Shown here: positions 12,560 to 22,874 of the stretch, in pieces
Layout: the number at the start of each line of letters is the position of its first letter
Numbering within the stretch: position 1 is the first letter of the stretch
NCBI GenBank assembly: GCA_904063045.1
Contig: CAJFCJ010000132.1
Span: 33,320-73,632, forward strand
Reading direction: 5' to 3'
Length of the DNA stretch: 40,313 nt
Source of the DNA: Dimorphilus gyrociliatus
Taxonomy: Eukaryota > Animalia > Annelida
Notes under the pieces: generated by a model
Database searches by the model: none
What the model was told of the DNA's origin: nothing
The model's input: the letters and a program-made list of their open reading frames with translations, nothing else
Translations under genes and position numbers: made by a program

Positions 12560-13300
12560 AGCTCTTCATTCTCTGAACTAGACACGGCAATACCTCGTGT
12601 AATAAATTTGGAATAGACACTACAATTGACATCAAAAGTAAAAAACCGATAATCAACTTTTTCCTTTGTCTTTCGAAAACAAGGTTTTTGTTAAACATTT
12701 GAATTTCTACAGTCTTTTCCAGCGTCAGCAACACCAGACTGCCAGATGTGAACAGAGGTTGGAGCACATTCGAAATTTGGAATAGGAAGGAGTACAAACA
12801 ACATGGTGAGCATAATACTTCCACTCTAAACAACACAAGTTGAAACTGACACTGAATATTTTCTTCAACTTGAACAATTTTCTAACAATTCTTCAATTGC
12901 ATTCATCTCACCCAGAAATTTGAACTCAATCGCCTCAATTCAACAATTTCCCACTCTTAATACTGTCAGATTGGCAATTCTCAAAAAAAACTTGGACAAG
13001 ACACTCAGGTAAGTTTTGGAAATATCCAGGTATCTCAGTCATTCTCTATTGATAATCTTCAGAAAGGCAAATCTCCTAATTGGATTATTCGATAAATCAA
13101 GATATTGCAACATTTCCAGTTTGTGTTGAATGGAAAAACGAAAAATGGAAAAATTGTTGTTTTTCAAAAAACCAATCACTAAATTTGGAAAGAGGCCAAA
13201 GTTGTATTTGGACGCTGATGAGTTTCTGACCTCAATCACGTTCACACTCAATGAAATATCACTTCCGCCCAGAAATTGAAATGCTCCAATAACAACTAAT
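12560..13300 (-). pseudogene. LRR-containing GPCR (LGR/GRL101-like) fragment: typical LRRs, cysteine hinge, probable TM1
   Basis: LQYLDLSNNPIRRF..RE*LRYLDISKTYL..IANLTVLRVGNC*IEAIEF, then (frameshift) KLFKLKKIFSVSFNLCCLEWKYYAHHVVCTPSYSKFRMCSNL (LGR-type LCC...CxP...C hinge), then hydrophobic LIIGFLLLMSIVVSIPNLL. TM2-7 not found. Confidence 0.6.
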
Positions 13301-13309
13301 TTCTTCATT

Positions 13310-13800
13310 TGGTCAATGGAAATCTCTGATTCTTCTCTCCATTGGCAAAAGTTACAAACTCAGAAAAGTTATTTGTGTACTTTGTCTCACTTAGTTGTTC
13401 AGAAGTCATTGATGAATAAAAGACATTTATTTCAACAAAATCGTTTTTAATGAAATCTTTTGAAGTTGAATGATGATCGGATAAATTTAGATAATGTTTG
13501 CCAAAAGTACAAAGCATTTGTTGGCAATGTAGTCTGAAAAACACACGTCAATTGACATTTACTCTGCCGATAACTTCTATCAGCATTGCAGTTTCCATAG
13601 GGAGAGCTTAGTAGATTTTTAACTTTTAGTACTGTTGCTGCAAGATAATCTTTCCCAAATCTTACTTTAAATGCTTTTTCCAGCATTTGTGGAGCATCTT
13701 TGGAGTTGTGAATAAGAACCTAGATATTTTTGGAGAATGATGAAAATTTTCAAATCTATTTTTAGAACTCAACTCTATATCCAGCTGACAATGAATTAAT
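13310..13800 (-). pseudogene. DEG/ENaC channel ectodomain fragment
   Basis: VLIHNSKDAPQMLEKAFKVRFGKDYLAATVLKVKNLLSSPYGNCNADRSYRQSKCQLTC, then DYIANKCF and DFIKNDFVEINVFYSSMTSEQLSETKYT. These match the DEG/ENaC palm/thumb and pre-TM2 motifs; part of the thumb is deleted. Confidence 0.75.
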
Positions 13801-15357
13801 TATTAAATAACCTTGACATTGATTCACATCAATTATCTATTTGCAACTTTTGTTATATTAGAGATACAATTTATAATATGTTAATCAAACTCTAAAAATT
13901 TCTCTATTATGCCAATTTTACATTTTTCATTCTTTCAATCTTCCCCTGAAACTGAAGATTTACAAAGAAGCGAATCATATACTGCTGCTATCTTCACCCT
14001 TTCTAATTCAATTTCTTTATGAATGTTATATTAGATAAATAACTTCTAGACAAAGAAAGAATTAGATCTATTTCAAGTTAATTTTCACAAAAATCTTTGA
14101 GTCTAACTGTTGAATTTTGTTGGATTTTCTTTTTAATAAAATTATCCAAAGCATGCAAATCATTTACTAAATGATAAGTCAGAAAATGCCAAATTTATAG
14201 TTTTTCAGAGGGAAATATTTCCACTACCAACAGAAATTTTACTTTCATTTTTCTAATATCATAATCATAAACATTACAATAATCTTCATTTCTAGGCCAA
14301 TAAACGCAAATGAAAAGACTGTTTCTAACGTCTGATGTAACCAACGGATTTTCTATGGCCAAAATTTGCTTGATAGATATATAAGAATCTGTTCAATATT
14401 AATGATATACAACATTTACAGCAAGGTTAAGGCCATCTGTGTAAGAAAACAAACAAATATGGAATGTTTATACTATAGTATCTGAAACAATAAACAGAAA
14501 TATCAGTTTTCCCAACTTTTCTCTTTGAGCATTTAACAACCTGGGAAATCTACTCACAAAGTACAATTTTAGTTAATGATTATGATTAAGTTGCTATAGA
14601 CACAAATCCTGCATGGAATTCTCTTGACAATACATACAAGATTGCAGTTTCAGGTTTACATCGCATTGATATATCTGTTGGAACATGGCCAGGAATACAA
14701 TCTATTGTAGTTGTATTTGTAAATAATACACAAAAGTTATCAATGCAAACAATGTGGACTAGAAGCAGGATTTTGAAAGTGTGAGTAGAGGTGGACTGGG
14801 ACAAGACATAATCTTTATAATAGGCTTCATCACCATCTCGAAATCAATCAGTGTATTGCTCCTCCTCGACTGATTAAAGCATTTGCAAGTTACAACAGTA
14901 CTGCTTCTACTATTGGTTTTCAAACCATTATAGTTATTTGTCAAGTCTGATTGATGTTTTTATTCGATTAAGGAGAGTTTAACGTCAACTTCTCCATTAA
15001 AATTTAGTATTACAGTGTGTTGACAGATTTCTAAATTAACTATAAAAGACATATTTGCAAACTTTAAAAGACCAAGAAGAAAAGGGCAAATTAGAATGAT
15101 AAAATAATAGAAGGGCAATTTTTTTTGAAGGCAATAGAATCTTTTGCCAATAAGAAATAAAGGAATAACAGAATTGGCAAAGAAACAAAGAACATTGAAA
15201 AAAATGCTTCATTTCACAATACAATATAAAAAAAAACACAAATTAGTCATGTGACCCTTAATTTAAAACTGTTTTCCGGTATAAAATGTTATGTAATAAT
15301 CTGTTATCTTCAAAGGAATATTTGTCAATCTAGGTGAACTACTGTTAATTTTTATAT

Positions 15358-16130
15358 TCAATCTGTTTTCAGTTTGAAAAAACTAAAACACTTTGTCCAA
15401 CAGAAAACAAAAACCTTTTTCATTAAGCAAATAATTAAGAAACATAGAATTGCTAAAATTAGATATAAATCTATATTATAAAGTTTACAGGTTGGCATAT
15501 CCATTGCAGAATGTCTTAAATGACTACTACCAAACTTTAATACATGATTAATCCAATATACAGCTTTATCTAATGGTTTTGGTTCGAGTGATTTGACACT
15601 CTCTTTGCTGATTTTATATACTTATCATCATTCACCATTTTAGCTATGTATTCTTTGAGGAATGTCGTATCTTTTGTGTGAAAAGGTAAAATTTCCAACA
15701 TTCCATATCTTTTCAAATGAACTGAATTGTCCATAGCATCTGCAGGGAGTGGAATACTCAAAACTGGAGCTCCATGATACATAGATTCATAAATGGAATT
15801 GAGACCGCCACGAGATATAAATAGAATACAATTTTCTTTAGCTAGAAGACAGGTTTGAGCAATCTATTTAAAAGTATGAATATTTGGATAACCTTGTTCT
15901 AATTTGCATTTTAATGACCAAATCCATTGAATATTTGAAAATTGAATAAAAATTTTGTGAAAATTCTGCAAAAATTTTGGATGACTGCAAAAATCTAAAG
16001 AATTTCCAAAAGCAATTATACCAAATCTGCAAAATTAACATTTAAATTAAATATTTAACCAAAGTGTCTATTTACTTTTTAGATGAAATTTCATCAAATA
16101 TTGGATCAATACTTGTCATATTTATTGGTT
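15358..16130 (-). pseudogene. UDP-glucuronosyltransferase (UGT) C-terminal half, disabled
   Basis: UGT signature *IAQTCLLAKENCILFISRGGLNSIYESMYHGAPVLSIPLPADAMDN, with the W of WxPQ as TAG (15864-15866) and the H of HGG as R. After a frameshift: DKAVYWINHVLKFGSSHLRH, a TM segment (LYLILAILCFLIICLM) and a C-terminal KLKTD* (KxKxx ER-retrieval). Cut upstream by an LTR-B fragment. Confidence 0.9.
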
Positions 16131-16132
16131 GA

Positions 16133-16336
16133 GATGCTAAAATTTCCAAAGCTTGGGTTCAAGTGGTCAAAGGATTACAAAGTTGAAATCTGACAGTCTC
16201 ATAATTCTCATGTAACAAAAATATGAAAGACATTTTAGGACAAAGAAAAGTTGTAAATATGATCATGTTTTTATTGTTTTCCTCTTCTAAACAATAGTTG
16301 AATTTTGAAGGTTGGAGAGTTGCATAAGATGTAACA
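16133..16336 (-). repeat. Solo-LTR-like repeat, family B (5' fragment)
   Basis: Starts TGTTACATCTTA on the minus strand; matches the 10.5 and 19.4 kb copies up to CCCAAGCTTTGG. Confidence 0.55.
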
Positions 16337-16919
16337 ATTTTAGTAATAAATTGTAATATTAATGCTAGGTTGGAAATAGCAAATATTCTTTATATAATTT
16401 AATAGGTTTTATTCCTGTGTAATGTGTATGCACTGCCCTACTCGAAACTAGGTCACTACTGCTTATCTTTATCAGTGCTATCTGCATAGTACAATACTGG
16501 TTCAATACTACTTCTCTATTGTAGAATATAGCTGATGAATGTATGTGTACAGACAGGCTTTTTATATAGAGCACCTAAACTATTAACCCTGAACCTTTCA
16601 AATTCTCACAATTCAAAGGACTATTTATAAAAACCAGTTACCAGTCAGCCTATTTCTATTTCGAAATTTATTATTCTTTAATACTGTGGATTGAACTAAA
16701 ATCATATAATACAACCCATTTAATAGACTATTTTTAGCAGATAAAACCAGTTTTTTGGGTGTACAACGCTGAAATATTTGTAGACACCTCTATTTGTTAA
16801 TCTGAACTTGAGGTAGATTATAAAACTTTCTATATCTAATGTTTGTAATAAAATAAAGCATATTTGTAATTGTTATCTTTTATCATGTTTTTTTGCAGTA
16901 AATTGTCATAAAACCTAAG

Positions 16920-17866
16920 ATGGATGAATTAGACCTTAAAAAGGCTATGCAATTCTTAATAAGTCCAAAAAATTCTGTTCAAGAAGTTTCAAGTTTTTAT
17001 GAATCATGTGCTGGTATTTATGAAAATGTAAGTAATATTAAATGTAGAAATGTTATATTTTGTATTTATTTTGCTGTCCATATCAATTACTTTAACAAAT
17101 ATAAAATCTTTTATTCCAGTTGACAGAAACCCTGTTCTTTCCTGTTGAAGTTTGTGTACAGACAGCCATTAAATATAATAGTGACAGGAACTGTGTTATA
17201 GTTGATGCTTGTTCTGGAACAGGTCGAGTTGGCAGAGAGGTAAATTATTGATCTGTAATAATGTAATAATACAGTGTACAATATTTTATTTACTTTAATT
17301 ATTGTATCTTTTTGAAGTTGCTTAACCAAAATTATAAGAATGTTGATGCTATTGAACCTTCAAAAAGTATGATTGAAAATGGATTTAAAGGCTATAGAAA
17401 TATCTTTCAAAAATTTATAACAGAAGAGCCCATCAATGAAATTAAAGCCAGTTTAGAAATTTTATTTGATCTCTTTTAAGAAAAATGACTTTTAATAATT
17501 TTTTTTCTTTAGACACCTATGATCTATGTACAATGCTTGGAGGACTGGCTTATGGTCATTTTCCACCTAATGGGTTTGATGAGATTGTAAGGATCGTTAA
17601 AAAAGGTTAATCTAACAATATTCAATATTGTTTATATAAGGGTAGATTTAAAAAAAATACATATTGCTTTTTTGATGAAGGTGGTTTTGCTGTGATAGCA
17701 AATACTTATTTTTACCTAGAAAAATTCACCTGAATATTGGGATGGAATTCAAGAAAAGTTGAAACAATTGGCAAAGGATGGTTTTATTGAAGAAAAAGAG
17801 CGTCAAATTATAGATTACTTGGATGATGATAAACAAGTATTGCTACTTGTATTTAAAGTTATTTAA
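16920..17866 (+). CDS. Class I SAM methyltransferase, METTL27/WBSCR27-like; 5 exons, one +1 frameshift
   Basis: Exons 16920-17027, 17120-17239, 17318-17450, 17513-17605 and 17681-17866, all GT-AG with consistent phases. Motifs IVDACSGTGRVGRE, NVDAIEPSKSM and TYDLCTMLGGLAYGHFPP..EIVRIVKKGG. One extra A in the run 17720-17724 breaks exon 5; corrected length about 212 aa. Confidence 0.85.
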
Positions 17867-18820
17867 AAGATACAGTTGATACTGATACTGTTTGTAGACA
17901 TAAAGAGAACATCAGTATCAATTTATAATTCATCTAACAATTAAAATGCACAGTTTCTTAGAATTATACAATGTTTAAATGATGAAAGGGAAAAAAGGAA
18001 TGGAAAATTAATGCAATAGATAAAACCTCATTGGCACTATAAATCCAAAAGAATAATATCTAGATGACTGATAATCTTTAAAACTTTAATATCCTAACAA
18101 ATATTTTATTGGTTTAATTATTAAAATAAAATATATTCAGTTGTATTGTACAAGTTTTTTTTATATTTGATGCTTATACTATACTAATATATACCACTTA
18201 TCTATGTACAGGCTTAGGAAAGGTTTGCAAAAGGTTTGTTTTTGATTAAATCAAAAAAGAGAAACAGAATTCTCACACATCAAGAGTCCAAATGATTTTG
18301 GGAGCGGTCAAAGAAAAAATACACCAAAATCAACATTTAAAACAATATTCAAAAGAAAAATTTTTTCTGAAATTTTTTATGATTTCCTACCCACAACCTA
18401 CATGGTTTCGTCCTCTCTCTGTATTTTGAAATCTGGGACTCTTCAGGGTCTATTATAATTAACATACAAATTGTTAGAGGTTTGAGAATTTTACTGAAAA
18501 AAATTCTCTTCAGATATAAAATGTTTTATTTATTGATAGAGATTCTTATGTGTTAGTGTATAAAATATTTTTACCTTTTGGAAGTAGAAAAGTAAAAAAA
18601 GTGTATCATTTTAACACAATTGAAAGTTCTAAAATGGTTCCACCTTTAATTGATTTCATTCATCCTGAGTATTAGGTCAGATAAATTTAGATGGTCAGTT
18701 TTTTTTGTAAGATGTAACAATTTTGGTAACATTCAATTTAACCATTGAAAGTGATAAATTGGAACTGGTCCAAAAGTCAACAATAGTTGAAGTTTAACCT
18801 TTTGATACTCTTTAGCTGGT

Positions 18821-18886
18821 GGCTAAATAAATGTTCTTAAGTGTTTTGGAAGTAGAAAAGTAAGGCTAAATAAATGTTCTTAAGTG
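18821..18886. repeat. 23-bp direct duplication flanking a 20-bp copy of nearby sequence
   Basis: ggctaaataaatgttcttaagtg at 18821-18843 and 18864-18886. The insert ttttggaagtagaaaagtaa is identical to 18576-18595. Confidence 0.8.
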
Positions 18887-19090
18887 ATTAAATTAAGACT
18901 AATATAGATCTATAGTTAATGCTAAATTCGTTGCATTTGTTTGCAAGAATTTTATATGCCCATGTGCATACCTGCATCACCTCATATATGTATAATAGAA
19001 TTGTACATGTTAGAATGGAAGAAATCTATATTTGTTAAATCTTTTTCTAACATTCATTTAGTTGATACCAGAAAGTTTGCTTTTGGTTAA

Positions 19091-19480
19091 TGTACTGCCT
19101 TGTACTGTAATTGTAGGAATCTTGAGTTCGTTACGATTGAATTCGTCCTCACCAATCATTTACCAATAAACCAAAGTACTGGTCCAAATAGAACCTTTCA
19201 AGTTCATCCCACAGGTAGTCTCAACAAACTCAATTCCAGCAAAAATTAATCAATGAACTGCCAGTATTTCGTGCAAAGAGTATGTATTGAGTATAATGAG
19301 TTTTAGTTCTAAACAAGCAAGTTCAAACAACAAGCTAACAATTAAAACTGAACTGACGAACTGAGGAAATGCATTTCCTTTTATACATTTACCAAAGCTT
19401 GGGTTCACTTGGTCAAAAGATTATGAAGTTGAAATGTAACAGTCTCATAATGCACACATAACAAAGACATGAAAAACTAT
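19091..19480 (-). repeat. Solo-LTR-like repeat, family B (3' part)
   Basis: Shares sequence with 10495-10750 and ends GGCAGTACA on the minus strand. The composite of copies has TG...CA termini. Confidence 0.6.
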
Positions 19481-19500
19481 TGCATCACTTCTGGCTGACA

Positions 19501-20051
19501 TGTTGTACTGCTCTTGCTGGCAAAATCTATGTGTTTGCAAGTTATAACAATACTGGTTCTACTCGAACCTTTAAACAAATGTTTAAATTAAAACGGTTTA
19601 TTCGCAATAATAATACTTAAGCAAGTAACAATATGAGAGTTTGATAGCAGAGTAGATAGTTCGTAAAAGCAGGTTGCCAAATTACCAAACTGTCTTCCAA
19701 TGTTGAGGAGTAGATGGATGGTTCCAGTGGAGGTTGTTTCCAGGTGATTTTCCCAGGTCCTTGGGTCCAGATGGAAGCTCCATGCCAAATGAGAATAGTG
19801 AGGATTTATATACTTTGAGGTTTGCCTCTGACATCCAATCATCACTTTACATTTGCCAAAATGTGTAGTTCATATTTATCCATATTAGTAACATCCTGTT
19901 ACTAGGTTCAACATTTAGGAAGGTTAATTGAATTATAACTTGGCCACACCCTAGGCAAGTTAATTAAATTATAACTTGGCCAAACCTTTATTGGTAATTA
20001 AAGATGAGCCTTCAAGCTGACTAATCAGACTTATGTTTGCCCAATGTTATA
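19501..20051 (-). repeat. LTR-like repeat, family A (copy 1)
   Basis: Inverted, highly similar copy of 35821-36335. Has an internal tandem duplication (ggccaagttataatt), reverse CCAAT, TATATAAA and AATAAA; termini TATAACA...ACAACA. Confidence 0.75.
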
Positions 20052-20089
20052 GTAAAAATAAAAACACAAGTAAAAATTGAGAACATTTG

Positions 20090-22360
20090 TTATTCTTTTT
20101 TTATCATGCTTAAGTCACAAACTATTTCTGTTGAATATATTGGTGAACATTGTTTAATTACAGCTAATTCTCCCATCTGACTACTGTGCATTCCCAACTC
20201 ATTTGTTAACACTGTGGTCAATTGAGGATCCAAATTTGCCAGTAATGCCACCATCCTGCTTCTTTGAACAAATTGATTGCAGAGAAGACTTGACAGCTGT
20301 TGGGTAAACTTTTTTAAATTCTTAAAATTTGAATCAATGCCATGTAGTAAGGTAGATGTTTGGGCAGCTTCTCTCATTTCCAGTGGGAATTTGTGGTATG
20401 GGTTTTTACTTATATTATGTTTCAGTTTTGCTTCCTTCTTCATCTGCTTTTTAGCCATTCGCATGTGTAGAGTAAAATAAATTCCTTCATGGGTAATCTT
20501 AAATTCTCTGGCTGGTGGTCCTTTATACCATATGCCCAATGTTGGTAAAACCTTCTGTTTGATTCTTTTCTCACTGTATACATATTTTGAAATCGTAACA
20601 GATTGTCTTGTTGCCCTTGTCCAATTGACTGCTTGCAGCATTTCTTGGATATAATAGTTATCCAGCTCCCAGTAAGATGGACTAATGGGTTGTTGTAGAT
20701 GATATATCACAACTTCCTTGAGTGTGCCTTTATTTCTCATTAGTTTATACTTTGTGTTTGTTTCTCTATACCATTGGTTAAGACTTGGTAAGGGGCTGTT
20801 TCTCTTGTATAGTATAATTTGTTCTTTCACTTTTTTGGGATAGTTTAATAGTCATTTTTCTTCATTTTTTCCAATCTTTTGATTTTGTAGCAAATTGTAT
20901 AGGTGTTCCTTGCCTGTTTCGTGTATTAAACTCTGTTTCTCCAGTGGTACTAGCACTTTTGTTCCAGGGCCACCAATTCCATCAATGAATTTGTCTTGAT
21001 AAGGGATGTCCAGAATAGAATACCCTGGACAAGAATAGTGACCAGCAAATTTCATACAACTAATTCTGTTGCTAATTTTTATCCATGGTGATTGTTGCCC
21101 AAGTGTGTAATTATTCTTGAGGTTTCTAAAGACAATAATTGCCTCTTCTGTCTCACAATAGGACTGCCCTGGTAAACAATCTTCCAGGTAGTCCAGATTA
21201 GTTGTAATTTTCATATTAGGAGGCTGCCAATATGTTTTGCCAAACTGGATAATTGTGGTGTATTCCAGCACCTTGGTAGTTGTTGGCCATGTGTAGGCAG
21301 CAGGAAACTGATCTTGGTGGATCCAAGTGTTTCTTTTCACCATTAAAGGTTTTCCTTGAAAAGATTGTTTATCTTTTACCATCTGTCTGCATTGATCATG
21401 AGTTACTTTAATAACTGAGTTAACAATTCTCCTCTTCTTCACTCCAAAGAAATAGTAAGTGTAAAAGTTAGTTCTTAGATACACTTGACATTTTACTGCT
21501 CTTGTTTCAATTTCTTCCAAGTTCAATTCATAGATATCAGCTGTAATTGTCTTGGTTTCTTGTGATTCTATATTACAAGTTGGCTCATCTGCTAGATCAA
21601 ATGCTTGGCTTGGTAGTTGGTTAGAACAAAAGTATAATGGTGGTTTAAATGTTAAGGTAATGTTTGCACTTGTAACATGTGCACCTTGGTAGGATGGTTT
21701 TGGAACTGTTATTGAGTGGATGCAGCCACAGATCACCATTACAGTCATCACTAGTGGAAGCCACAACATCTGTTTCATGTTAGCTCTTCCTGTGTTGGCT
21801 ATAGTTGAATGGTTGAAAATTTTGTGTTGTTGTTCCACTCTGATAGTTATTCCATCTTCTAACTCCATATATTGTGTTTTCACTTCTTGTTGGGAATCTA
21901 ATTGTTCAGAGATGATTTTAGTCTCATCTAGAAATATGACTGATTCATTGTCTGTGTCACTTGTATTTTCTTTCTCATCTTGGGATGAATCTACCACTAT
22001 GATGGACTCATTATCTGAATGGGTTATGTCAATAATTTCACCTTCAATAATTGTTGACTCATTATCAGAATGGGTTATATCAATAATTTCACTTTCAATA
22101 ATTATTGACTCATTGTCTGAACTAGGTATTTCATCTTCTCTATCAGAGATAATGTTTGCCTCTGAATATGTATTTTGATCCAGTTCATTATTTGTTTCTG
22201 GGTCATCACTTTCAGATGAGCTTGAGGGTTCATTGAGACTGTAATTACTGTCTGTTTCAAAAGTATTGCTTGTGTCATAACCAGTATCAGAATTAGTAAC
22301 TTCCATCTCTGAGTCATCACTGTCTGAACATTCTGATGAAGAGTCATACTGTCCCATCAT
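20090..22360 (-). CDS. env: Acidic spacer + internal signal/TM + class III fusion glycoprotein ectodomain (gB/chuvirus G-like), one in-frame stop
   Basis: ORFs 20852-22360 and 20090-20830 are in the same frame, separated by one TGA. Hydrophobic MLWLPLVMTVMVICGCIHS, then a Cys-patterned ectodomain with AVKC..TNFYTYYFFG..VTHDQC, and LCNQ..LDP..GELAVIKQCSP. Confidence 0.8.
21923..22123 (-). repeat. 51-bp coding tandem repeat (SDNESxIIExEIIDITH), SIM-like array
   Basis: Units 22004-22054 and 22055-22105 plus a partial 22106-22123, followed by SDNESIIVVD and DNESVIFLDE. Confidence 0.85.
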
Positions 22361-22362
22361 AG

Positions 22363-22770
22363 CTATAGTGACTTGTTTAGTTGAGGTTGCCTTATTCTTT
22401 CAGCCAGGTTCCCTTTATTTCTATCAAATTTGCGAGAACACTGTTTAGCTTCAAAATTGAGGTTTGCTCCCACAGTTTGTAGGAAATCACAACCAAGTAT
22501 TATTGCCATGTGTAGATTTTCCATAACAATAAATTCTTGTTCCATACTTTCTCCAGCAAATTGGATATTCAGCTTTATGCTTTCTTTTTACTTTAAAGCT
22601 TTCCCATCAGCTGAAGTTATAATTGGTAAGCCAATTGTTTCTTTATCCATAATTGTAACATCCATTAACTTGATTTCTTTTTCAGTAATAAAGGATCTCA
22701 ATGCTCCTGTGTCACACAAGGCAATGACTTCTCTGCCTTTGTGATTCTTCAAATGGAATTGGAAGTCATT
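22363..22770 (-). CDS. Second retropepsin-type aspartic protease, C-terminal to integrase (one in-frame TAA)
   Basis: VIALCDTGALRSFI (DTGA at 22702-22713), TSADGKALK*KESIKLNIQF...FIVMENLHMAIILGCDFLQTVGANLNF. The two ORFs (ending 22588, starting 22545) are 42 nt apart in the same frame. Confidence 0.85.
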
Positions 22771-22874
22771 TCTTCCTTCTACCTGAGAAAGATATTGGAG
22801 GTGTGTTATTTCCTTCTCCACAAGGTGAAAGATTGTTGTTGTTTCTTTCCCTGTTTCCAACTTATTAGATTCAT

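Noticed and set aside
19480-19500. tgtcagccagaagtg after LTR-A (minus strand) as a tRNA primer-binding site
   Set aside because: Lacks the initial TGG, only a short core matches, and it is followed by LTR-B rather than gag.
19588-19845. Similar ORFs at 19588-19845 (-) and 36024-36242 (+) as a duplicated small gene
   Set aside because: Both lie inside the LTR-A repeat, start at GTG, differ by a frameshifting indel and have no recognisable motif.
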